A DNA stretch of 43,883 bases, taken from positions 1 to 43,883 of IMG/VR virus record IMGVR_UViG_3300033076_000818; one strand, given 5' to 3'. Position 1 is the stretch's first letter. The number at the start of each line of letters is the position of its first letter. The notes under the pieces were generated by a model. The model was not told the origin of the DNA. It saw nothing but the letters and a program-made list of their open reading frames with translations, and ran no database searches. Of this stretch, positions 7,695-15,691 are shown piece after piece. The stretch is from a virus. Its lineage: Duplodnaviria > Caudoviricetes. Position numbers and translations under genes: made by a program.

Positions 7695-9353
7695 ATGGTG
7701 ACCGGCGAAACGATCATCGGTGAGCTTCGCCGCCGTCACGAGGAAGCGAAGCGCAACCGCGCCGACCTGTTGCCGACGTGGCGCAAGATCTCGCGCTACA
7801 TCCTGCCGGAGAACGGCAAGTTCCTGGCGACGACGCAGACCGATCGGCGCGTGTCGTACGGGGACATCCTCGACAACACGGCCAGCTGGGCGCACGGCGT
7901 CCTCGTGGCTGGTCTTGCTGCCGGTGCATTCCCGCAGGCTGTGCCGTGGGCTGGCATTCGGATGCGCGACCCGCAGCTTGAAGAGAGCGGCGTCGGCGGC
8001 GAGTTCACGGACCAGCTCAGTAAGGCCGTGCACAGCATCTGCGCCACGGCCAACGTCTACCCGGCCCTGCGGCACTGTGTTGCCGAGATGAGTGCATACG
8101 GCCCCGGCTGCCTCGTCATCGAGGAGCACGAAGAGCACGTCATCCACCTGCACAAGCTGACGGCCGGCACCTACTGCATCGAACGCGATTGGGATGGCTA
8201 CGTGGTGGCGCTCTACCGCGAGATCACGTCGACCGTCGCGGCCGTCGTCGAGCGGTTCGGGTTGGAACGCTGCACGCTGCAGACGCGCCAGCATTGGGAG
8301 CAGAGGCGATTCTCTGAGCCGGTCGAGCTACTGCACGTCATCGACGAGCGCAAGCAGCGCGACCCGTCCAAAATCGACAACCGCAACATGCCGTGGCGCT
8401 CGATCTACATCGAGGCCAACGCGACGCTGGAGGATCAGCCGCTCAGCGAGTCGGGCTACCCGTTCATGCCGGTTCTGTGCCCGCGTTGGAGCGTCCACGG
8501 CGACGACACCTACGGCACGTCCGCCGCGATGAGGGCCCTTGGCGACACCGCCGGCTTGCAGCGCAAGCACGTCCGCATGGGCGAGGCGATGGACAAGATG
8601 ACGCGCCCGGCGACGCAAGGCCCCGCCGAGATGGAGGAAGTGCAGGGCATGCCGGGAACGCACACGCGCACGACCGGCGCGGCCCGCATCGAACCCTTGG
8701 CGCCGCCGACGCTGCCGATTCAGTATCTCTGGCAGCAGATCCAAGAAGGCGACCACGCGCGCATCGCCCGCGCCTTCTTCGTCGACATCTTCCAAGCCTT
8801 CCTTGGCGACACGCGCAGCAACGTCACCGCGCGCGAGATCATCGCCCGGCAGCAGGAGAAGTTGCAGGGCATCGGCCCGGTGCTCAACAACATCGAGCAC
8901 GACCTGTTGCGCCCGCTGGTGCAAGCGATCCTGTGGTTCATGTCGCAGCGCGGCATGATGCCACCGGCGCCGGTCGAGATCGAAGGGCAGGAGCTAGACG
9001 TTGAGCTGATGGCGCCTCTCTACCGCGCGCTCAAGGCCGAGCAGAGCCGTGGAACGATGCAGCTGGTCGAGATGATCGCGCAGTTGGGCCTCGTGCCTGG
9101 CTGGGATCACGTCCGCGACCGCATCGACGTGGACGCGGCGGCCGACGAGCTGCGCGAGACGTTTGGCGCTCCCAATCGCGTCCTCAAGAGCGTGCGCGAG
9201 GTGCAGCCGATCCGCGATGCCCGGTCAAAGATGCTGGCGGCGCAACAGCAGGCCGCGATGGCCGAGCAGATGGCGGGCACGGCGAAGGATCTGGCGCAGT
9301 CGCCAATCGACGAAGGCAACGCACTCGGCCGCATGTCGGGGGCGCAACGGTGA
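7695..9353 (+). CDS. Portal / head-to-tail connector (T7 gp8/BPP-1-like)
   Basis: 552 aa; SESGY..MP..CPRW, YGTS, VTAREIIARQQEKLQGIGPVL motifs. Confidence 0.93.
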   Translation: MVTGETIIGELRRRHEEAKRNRADLLPTWRKISRYILPENGKFLATTQTDRRVSYGDILDNTASWAHGVLVAGLAAGAFPQAVPWAGIRMRDPQLEESGVGGEFTDQLSKAVHSICATANVYPALRHCVAEMSAYGPGCLVIEEHEEHVIHLHKLTAGTYCIERDWDGYVVALYREITSTVAAVVERFGLERCTLQTRQHWEQRRFSEPVELLHVIDERKQRDPSKIDNRNMPWRSIYIEANATLEDQPLSESGYPFMPVLCPRWSVHGDDTYGTSAAMRALGDTAGLQRKHVRMGEAMDKMTRPATQGPAEMEEVQGMPGTHTRTTGAARIEPLAPPTLPIQYLWQQIQEGDHARIARAFFVDIFQAFLGDTRSNVTAREIIARQQEKLQGIGPVLNNIEHDLLRPLVQAILWFMSQRGMMPPAPVEIEGQELDVELMAPLYRALKAEQSRGTMQLVEMIAQLGLVPGWDHVRDRIDVDAAADELRETFGAPNRVLKSVREVQPIRDARSKMLAAQQQAAMAEQMAGTAKDLAQSPIDEGNALGRMSGAQR

Positions 9354-9607
9354 GGCCGCCTCCAAAGCTGGAGCCGGGCCGCAACGGCATCGTGCGCGAC
9401 CTCGCCTATCGAGCTGGCCGCCTTGACGCGCTGCCGCCGCCGGTCGCCAACACATCGAACGCCGTCAACGCCGCCGCCGAGAAGGGGCAGCTTGAGGACG
9501 GCGACCGCATCGCCCTGGTGACTGCGGACGGGCAGATCAAGCCGCTATCCGTGGCGACGCTGAAATCCTGGCTTGAGTCAACCTACGTCCTCACCGCGCA
9601 ACCATGA
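9350..9607 (+). CDS. Hypothetical protein (85 aa)
   Basis: GTGA/ATGA coupling at both ends. Confidence 0.65.
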   Translation: MRPPPKLEPGRNGIVRDLAYRAGRLDALPPPVANTSNAVNAAAEKGQLEDGDRIALVTADGQIKPLSVATLKSWLESTYVLTAQP

Positions 9608-9858
9608 CCGACGGAATCGACCCCATGTCCCTGATCGAGCGCCTTGGCGGATGGGGCGCGTTCCTCCTGTTCCTTTGGGTCGGGGGCCGCCAGTTCATGG
9701 AGCTCGCGAAGGGCTTCTCTGCCGGCGTGCTGTCGAAGCTCGACGGGATCATTTCCGTCCTGCAAGGGCACGAGAAGCGGCTCGACCGCATCGACGACGC
9801 GCTGGAGGACTTGAAGCGCGAACAGACCGCACACCACAACCAACAGGCCCACCGATGA
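9604..9858 (+). CDS. Putative holin-like protein
   Basis: 84 aa, one N-terminal TM (LGGWGAFLLFLWVGG) followed by a coiled coil. Confidence 0.5.
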   Translation: MTDGIDPMSLIERLGGWGAFLLFLWVGGRQFMELAKGFSAGVLSKLDGIISVLQGHEKRLDRIDDALEDLKREQTAHHNQQAHR

Positions 9859-10160
9859 AGCATGCTCTACCTCTTGCCGCTCTGGCTCTCGCCGCTTGTG
9901 CCGGCGCTCCTCGCACTACCACTGCCCAAGAGCGCGCCGACCTCTTGGCGTTGCTCTCGACCATCGAGACGGGTCTGGGCGTCGCCCACGGCACCGGCAA
10001 GATCCCGGCGGACCACTACGCACTCGCGCTTGGACAGGTGGCGGATCTGCGGGCGACGGTCGCTGCATCGGAGACGACGCCAGTGAGCGCAGCCGAGCTG
10101 CTCAACCGCGTGCTGGGGCTGGCGGCTGCGTGGGCGATCACGGTGGAGGCGAAGAAGTGA
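9855..10160 (+). CDS. Lipoprotein, possibly lysis/spanin-related
   Basis: Signal peptide MKHALPLAALALAAC with LAAC lipobox; helical body. Confidence 0.7.
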   Translation: MKHALPLAALALAACAGAPRTTTAQERADLLALLSTIETGLGVAHGTGKIPADHYALALGQVADLRATVAASETTPVSAAELLNRVLGLAAAWAITVEAKK

Positions 10161-10219
10161 TCTACGTCCTCTCGGCCCTCTGGCTGCTCTACGTCTCTGA
10201 CCTGAGGAATTGGGCGTGA
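10157..10219 (+). CDS. 20-aa hydrophobic peptide MIYVLSALWLLYVSDLRNWA
   Basis: GGAGG RBS; GTGA overlaps at both start and stop. Confidence 0.5.
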   Translation: MIYVLSALWLLYVSDLRNWA

Positions 10220-11964
10220 TCCGCCTCGCCAACCTCACGCCGTTCCCGTTCTCTGGGTGGGTGCGCGCCGGCACGGATCTGGCGTTCCCGGCGCCCGCAA
10301 TGGTCGGCGCCGATGGCCTGCGAGTCGTCGTGGGCGAGCGCACGGGGCTGGATCAGACGGCGCTGCACGTCAAGTGCGAGCTGGCCCCGTGGGAGTCCAA
10401 GGAAGTTGACCCAGCGACGCTGACGCCGTCGGCCGTGGCCTACCCGTTCCCGCTGCCGGCCAACATCGGCGAGCACTTCGGCGGCGCGCTGACGTGCAAC
10501 GGCATCCCGATGGACGTGGACTTTGCGACCGACGGCCCCGCCTACAAGGTGACGGCATCGCGGCGCCTCGGCCAGTTCTTCGTCAATGTCTGGCTGCGCT
10601 GGGTGCCGGGCGAGTCGTGGGCGCAGGGCGAGGCGATGGTGACGTGCAGCCGCGCCGGGACGCCTGACCTGACCGCTGTGGCGCCTGAGGTGCTGATCCA
10701 GTTCGGCGACGGCATCACTTGCCCGCTCGGCCTGCCGCCTGGTTCCAGCATTACGAAGCGCGGCGAGGTGTGGGGCGATGGGCAGGCCGCCGTCGTGCCG
10801 CTGTCAATCCTGTGGCTGCGTCTGGCCTACGACAACCAGATGGCCAGCTTCGCCGCCGTCAAGGAGCTTGGCGTCAGCCTGCGGGCGATGCGCGAGACGT
10901 TCGTGGACGGCACGCCGACGTTCCCGCCGGGCTTCTCGGCTCGCGCGTGGGCGGCGCAGCATTGGGGCCGGTGCGTGGCGCTGCTGCACAGCTGGGATAG
11001 CCCGTCGCTTGGCGTCGCAGCCGACAGCGGGCAGGCGGGCAACCAGGAGGATCAGTGCTTCCGTGGCGTCGAGGCAATGCTTGCCGACGGCGCCGGTGCC
11101 GAGATCGTCAACTACTTGGCCGGCATCAAGTTCGCCAACCGCCCGTGCCACCACTTGGAGGAGAACGGGCAGATCGTGGACGCGCTTGCCCGCCCAGGTC
11201 TGCGCATGTTCTACAGCCGGCCGCACCGCAGCGGCTCGGATATGCTGGGCAAGCTGCGCGACCTGACGATCGCCGAGGCACGAGGGTGGAATGGTCCGGA
11301 TGCGCAACACTTGTTCTTCTCCCGGCTGGCCATGGCGTCGCGGTTCCGGGCCACGGACGCCTGCCAACGGCTGCTGGAGCATCAGGCCCGCAACTACCTC
11401 ATCCAGCTGACCGTTGAGGGCGTGACCTCCACCATCTGGAGCGCCCGCGAGCTGGGGTGGGAGGGCATCGCCGTTGTCCATCTGTGGCGTCAGCTGGCTG
11501 ACCGTGGCCTTGCCGACCGCATTCGCAACCACTGGAATGCTCGCGCCAACCACATCGCCAGCAAGCTGCCTGTCAACGGAGCGTGGGACGTGCGGGTGGA
11601 CGACAGCCGCCTCGGCACCGGCTCGTGGTGGATCCCGTGGCAACAGGCCATTGGGGCCTACGGCCTCGACTTGGCCTGCCGTGTCCTTGGCGACGGTGGA
11701 TCGCACCTTCCCCTGATCGCCCGCAACGGAGCCCGGCACGTCGTCATGCAGGCGTACCAACAGGACGGCGGCCAGTGGACGGAATACGAGCTGGCCGCGC
11801 TGGACGGGCGCCGCAACCGCTCGGGCATGTTCGCCACGTCCTGGATGCCGCTCGGCGTCTCGGTGTTCGTCCGCTACTGGCCCGAAGACCCGCACGGCCG
11901 CGCCGTCTGGCAGCAGATCCTCGACAAGTCGGGCGGGGACGGCCGCTGGCTTCCTCGTGTGTGA
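10216..11964 (+). CDS. Large hypothetical protein (582 aa), possible glycan-active enzyme
   Basis: Beta-rich N-terminus, Trp/His-rich helical C-half; tentative resemblance to PcRGLX/YetA-like lyases. Confidence 0.7.
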   Translation: MIRLANLTPFPFSGWVRAGTDLAFPAPAMVGADGLRVVVGERTGLDQTALHVKCELAPWESKEVDPATLTPSAVAYPFPLPANIGEHFGGALTCNGIPMDVDFATDGPAYKVTASRRLGQFFVNVWLRWVPGESWAQGEAMVTCSRAGTPDLTAVAPEVLIQFGDGITCPLGLPPGSSITKRGEVWGDGQAAVVPLSILWLRLAYDNQMASFAAVKELGVSLRAMRETFVDGTPTFPPGFSARAWAAQHWGRCVALLHSWDSPSLGVAADSGQAGNQEDQCFRGVEAMLADGAGAEIVNYLAGIKFANRPCHHLEENGQIVDALARPGLRMFYSRPHRSGSDMLGKLRDLTIAEARGWNGPDAQHLFFSRLAMASRFRATDACQRLLEHQARNYLIQLTVEGVTSTIWSARELGWEGIAVVHLWRQLADRGLADRIRNHWNARANHIASKLPVNGAWDVRVDDSRLGTGSWWIPWQQAIGAYGLDLACRVLGDGGSHLPLIARNGARHVVMQAYQQDGGQWTEYELAALDGRRNRSGMFATSWMPLGVSVFVRYWPEDPHGRAVWQQILDKSGGDGRWLPRV

Positions 11965-12000
11965 CATTCAGGCCGGCCGGGCACGCTAGCCCGAACGGTC

Positions 12001-12050
12001 GGCCCGTCCCGTCGTGTCAGTGGGAGAGCGGCGGGATGGGCCACTTCTCT
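12001..12050 (+). terminator. GC hairpin followed by ACTTCTCT (terminator or processing site)
   Basis: GGCCCGTCCCGTCG pairs with CGGCGGGATGGGCC (12001-12042), then a pyrimidine tract. Confidence 0.5.
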
Positions 12051-12057
12051 AAGCGGT

Positions 12058-12098
12058 GCGTGCCATAACCCTGGAGAGCCGCACCCATCGTTCCGCGC
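12058..12098 (+). promoter_or_regulatory. Putative late promoter, copy 2 (GCGTGCCATAACC ... CATCGT)
   Basis: Same 13-mer and spacing as 6849-6888. Confidence 0.6.
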
Positions 12099-12440
12099 GT
12101 GAGCGTGGACACGATCGACCACACAGAACGCGACCCCCTTGTGGCCGCGTATCAGGCTGAGGAGCGCAAGGCCGCCGAGGCGGATCTGTGCTGGGTCATG
12201 TCCACGATCGAAGGCCGGCGCTTCGTCGACATGTTGCGCCGCGACACCGGGCTCAAAGCGGCCTCTTACCAGTCGGACCCCTACGACACGGCATTCAACG
12301 AAGGCCGGCGAAGCGTGGGGATTGAGCTGGAAGCGCGGCTCATGGCCCCCGGTGTCTCCCACTTGCTGGACCTGATGGAGAAGGAACACCGTGACCGCAT
12401 CCGCGCCCGAAACGACTTCATCGCAAGCGGCAACCAGTAA
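12099..12440 (+). CDS. Bbp19-like protein
   Basis: DLCWVMSTIEGRRF...TAFNEGRRSVG motif; upstream of scaffold. Confidence 0.8.
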   Translation: MSVDTIDHTERDPLVAAYQAEERKAAEADLCWVMSTIEGRRFVDMLRRDTGLKAASYQSDPYDTAFNEGRRSVGIELEARLMAPGVSHLLDLMEKEHRDRIRARNDFIASGNQ

Positions 12441-13083
12441 CGCGGCCCCGGCCGCTGCGCCTGCACAGAATGCGGCCCCGGCCAAGCCGGTGGCTCCGGT
12501 CGCTGACGCCCCGAAGGCTGAGGCGCCCAAGTCGGCCGAGCCTGCGACGGAGCAGACCAAGCAGTCGTTCGCCGACATGCTGGAGGCTGCGACCAAGGAG
12601 GAGCCGGCCGAGGCTGCGGCGCCCGCCGAGTTCAACCTCAAGGTTCCCGAGGGCGCGGACGAGCACGTCGTCGGCTTTGTCAAGGACGCGGCCCGCATCG
12701 CCGGCATTGCGCCAGACAAGGCGCAGGCCGTGTTCGACCACGTCAACAAGACGCTGGCCGAGAAGCGTGAGGCTGCGGCCAAACAGGTCCGCGAGGACTT
12801 CGCTCGTCAGCTCTACGAGGACAAGGAATGGGGCGGTCCCAAGTTCAAGGAGACCGTCGCCGCCAGCGAGGCATTCCTTCGCCGGTTCGTGCCTGAGGCG
12901 GCGCAGAAGGAGCTGCAGGGCAAGGCAATCCCGGCCTTCCTGCGCATCGCCTTCGCCAAGGCCCACCAACAGATTTCTCCCGATCGTGTGTTCGTCGGCA
13001 AGCAGGGTTCCGCCAGTGCGGCGGTTAGCGAATCCGAGCAGGCCAAAGTCATCTTCCCTCGGTCACTCGGCCAGAAGGGGTGA
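12391..13083 (+). CDS. Capsid assembly scaffolding protein
   Basis: Ala/Pro-rich N-terminus, EFNLKVPEG, DKEWGG; directly before MCP. Confidence 0.8.
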   Translation: MTASAPETTSSQAATSNAAPAAAPAQNAAPAKPVAPVADAPKAEAPKSAEPATEQTKQSFADMLEAATKEEPAEAAAPAEFNLKVPEGADEHVVGFVKDAARIAGIAPDKAQAVFDHVNKTLAEKREAAAKQVREDFARQLYEDKEWGGPKFKETVAASEAFLRRFVPEAAQKELQGKAIPAFLRIAFAKAHQQISPDRVFVGKQGSASAAVSESEQAKVIFPRSLGQKG

Positions 13084-13094
13084 GGTACTAGGAA

Positions 13095-14114
13095 ATGGCC
13101 GTCAACGGCAACGGTTACCTGAACTTCGTCGACCAGTCGCAAAGCAAGGTCAAGGGCGAGTTCGTCAAGCCAGCTGAGTTGCTGGCGCAACGCAACGATT
13201 GGATGCGCTATGCGCGGTGGCAGGAGTCGAACCTCGACACCTGCGAGGAGTTTGTCGTCCGCACTTCGCTGCCCGACGCCTACTTCGTCACCGTCGGCCG
13301 TGGCGTCCCGATCAGCAAGGCCACCAGCTCCAAGATTCAGGAAGGCTGGGCGCTCATCGAGCAGTCCTGCGAGATCCCGCGCCACCTCGTTCGTGGCGGC
13401 GAACTCGCGAACATGCTGATGGACCAGCGCAACGCTGGCTTCGAGTCGGTTGCGCAGACGGCCGCTCGCGCCGTGGTCTACGCCAACGGTTCGCTAAATG
13501 ACGACCAGTTCAACGGCTGGGCCGTTCGTCTGGCCTCGCTGTCGGCGGCCAACGCAAAGCAGATCTTCTCCTGCGGCGGCGCCACTGCGAATGCGCAGAC
13601 CAGCGTCTACGCGGTGAAGTACATGGAGAAGGGCGCGTACTTCATCACGCCACCCGGAATGACGGCCGGCCTGTCCTCGGAAGACATGGGCCTGTGCCGA
13701 GTGCAGGACTCCAACGGCGTCCTCGACGTGTATCGCCAGGTCGTCAACATGGGCCTCGGCTTCGCGCTGCAGGATTGGCGCTGCCTCGGTCGCATCTGCA
13801 ACATCGACGTGGCGCACCTCAATGCGCTGTCGAACAACCAGGCTCCTGGCAGCTTCCTGAGCGTCATCCACGGGATGCTCTACATGATCGGCCGCATGAC
13901 GCGACTGGGCTCTGGCCCGATCGTGTTCCACGCGCCGCAGGTCGTGTTCTCGGCTCTCATCCGCATGGCGACGGAAAAGAGCATCAACGGCCTCGGGTTC
14001 ATCGAGGCATCGGGCGCGCAGTTCGGCAAGCCGGGCAGCACGGAACTCGCGTTCCACGGCAATCCGATCGTGCTGATGGACCAGATCTTGGAGACGGAGG
14101 CCGTCGTCAGCTGA
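13095..14114 (+). CDS. Major capsid protein (BPP-1 Bbp17-like)
   Basis: 339 aa; VRTSLP, QTSVYAV, LQDWRCLGRICNID, FHGNPI...DQILETEAVV motifs; GAGG RBS. Confidence 0.9.
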   Translation: MAVNGNGYLNFVDQSQSKVKGEFVKPAELLAQRNDWMRYARWQESNLDTCEEFVVRTSLPDAYFVTVGRGVPISKATSSKIQEGWALIEQSCEIPRHLVRGGELANMLMDQRNAGFESVAQTAARAVVYANGSLNDDQFNGWAVRLASLSAANAKQIFSCGGATANAQTSVYAVKYMEKGAYFITPPGMTAGLSSEDMGLCRVQDSNGVLDVYRQVVNMGLGFALQDWRCLGRICNIDVAHLNALSNNQAPGSFLSVIHGMLYMIGRMTRLGSGPIVFHAPQVVFSALIRMATEKSINGLGFIEASGAQFGKPGSTELAFHGNPIVLMDQILETEAVVS

Positions 14115-14132
14115 GGCTGACGGAGGGAACAC

Positions 14133-14678
14133 ATGGTCAAGCACCAAGGAAGCGTGGTCAGCACGGCCCAGGCGGTCACCGCCACGGCCGTGTCGACCGA
14201 CTCGATCGACCTCGCGGCCGGTCGCGATCTGGGCGGCGGCGATGGTGGCATCATTGCCAACTTCATCCCGCTCACGTCGGTCACGGCGGCTGGCGCGGCG
14301 ACTGTCACGTTCGAGATCATCTCGGCGGACGATGCAAACCTGACCAGCAACGTCACTGTGCTGGCGGCTTCGGGCGCCTACACGAAGGAAATGCTGGCGG
14401 TCGTCACGACCACCGGAAATTCCCGCACGCTACCGATCACGGTGTCGATCCCGGCCAACCTTGCCGCCCGCTGGGTCGGTCAGGTGATTCCGGGCGTTGG
14501 CACCGTCGCAGGCGGCGTCGCAACGGCCGGCCCCGGCCAGCACCAACCGCGCATGCGTCGCTACATCGGCGTGCGCTACACCGTCGCGACGGGTCCGCTC
14601 ACCGGCGGCACGTTCAACGCCTGGTTCGGCCCGAACCACGTCGGGGACAGCAACAAGCACTACCCAGTGGGGTGGTGA
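14133..14678 (+). CDS. Bbp16-like capsid cement protein 1
   Basis: AQAVTATAVSTDSIDL, RDLGGG, RRYIGVRYTVATGPLTGGTF. Confidence 0.85.
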   Translation: MVKHQGSVVSTAQAVTATAVSTDSIDLAAGRDLGGGDGGIIANFIPLTSVTAAGAATVTFEIISADDANLTSNVTVLAASGAYTKEMLAVVTTTGNSRTLPITVSIPANLAARWVGQVIPGVGTVAGGVATAGPGQHQPRMRRYIGVRYTVATGPLTGGTFNAWFGPNHVGDSNKHYPVGW

Positions 14679-14679
14679 C

Positions 14680-15246
14680 ATGGTCCAGAACCAGTCCACC
14701 CGCATCGCGACAAACCTCGCAATCACGTCGGGCACGATCCTGACGCCGGATCAGTACCAACTGACGGCGTCCAGGACGCAGCCCACGCGCATCGCGGGGG
14801 CGATCGTGAGCGTGTTCGAGGGCGTGCGCGACCTCGGGGCGTGCGCCGACCCGTTGTTCGCCCGCGTGCGCGTCACGCAGAACTTCGACCAGCTGGCGAC
14901 CATCCTGGAGGTGGTCCCGGTCTACTCGCCGACCACGAACCTCGCCGATGCGGACGCGATCGAGTGCTACCGAGCCCGACACCCTGGAGCAATCCTTCGG
15001 GTCGGCGCGACGTTCCACTACCCGCTTCGCCCGCTGTCGATCGCGGAGTGTTTGACGGCTGGCCTCGCGCCGATCTACCCGACGCAGTTCCAGTACGTCG
15101 GCGTCAAGTTCATCGTCACTGGCACCGCGTTCGCGGCTGGCCAAGTGCAAGTGGACATCACGCCGCACGTCGCCCCGGATGGCACAGGGACCACGACGGT
15201 CCTTGGTGCGACCCTGCCGGCCAAGATGCCGCTCACCTCGTGGTAG
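14680..15246 (+). CDS. Bbp16-like capsid cement protein 2 (divergent paralog)
   Basis: RDLGA..PLFARVRVTQNF and QYVGVKFIVTGTAFAAGQV parallel the preceding gene. Confidence 0.7.
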   Translation: MVQNQSTRIATNLAITSGTILTPDQYQLTASRTQPTRIAGAIVSVFEGVRDLGACADPLFARVRVTQNFDQLATILEVVPVYSPTTNLADADAIECYRARHPGAILRVGATFHYPLRPLSIAECLTAGLAPIYPTQFQYVGVKFIVTGTAFAAGQVQVDITPHVAPDGTGTTTVLGATLPAKMPLTSW

Positions 15247-15266
15247 CGGCTGCCTGACCTAATCCC

Positions 15267-15617
15267 ATGACCAGCACACCCAGCCCCACCCTCATCGTTA
15301 AGAAGTCCTCGGTATCCAACTCGGGAGCGATCCCGAAGCCGGAGCCGGTCAGGAAGGATGGCATGGTGATGCACGAGCCACGCAAGCGCGTGCTTCGTCC
15401 TCGCCGTGACGCCTTCATCGACAACCACCTCCGGCGTGGACCGACGGACGACATCCCGGTGGCGCCGACGTTCGTGCTGGAGGGGGAGCAGGAGGTGTCC
15501 ATCTACGACGAGAAGGCGGTCGAGCCGGTCAAGAAGGACGGGATGGTGTTCAGCATCAGCGGCGTGTTCGACCTCATCAGCGACACGCCGGCCGTCTGGC
15601 TCAAGCTCCCGTCCTGA
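15267..15617 (+). CDS. Hypothetical protein with internal EPV(R/K)KDGMV repeat
   Basis: 116-aa ORF with GC-rich third positions. Confidence 0.65.
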   Translation: MTSTPSPTLIVKKSSVSNSGAIPKPEPVRKDGMVMHEPRKRVLRPRRDAFIDNHLRRGPTDDIPVAPTFVLEGEQEVSIYDEKAVEPVKKDGMVFSISGVFDLISDTPAVWLKLPS

Positions 15618-15691
15618 TTGCAGCAGGCGGCGGCGGTGCTGGCCCGTCGCCGTCGCGCACGTAGCCGGCCAGCTTTCCGAGGTCGGCCCGA

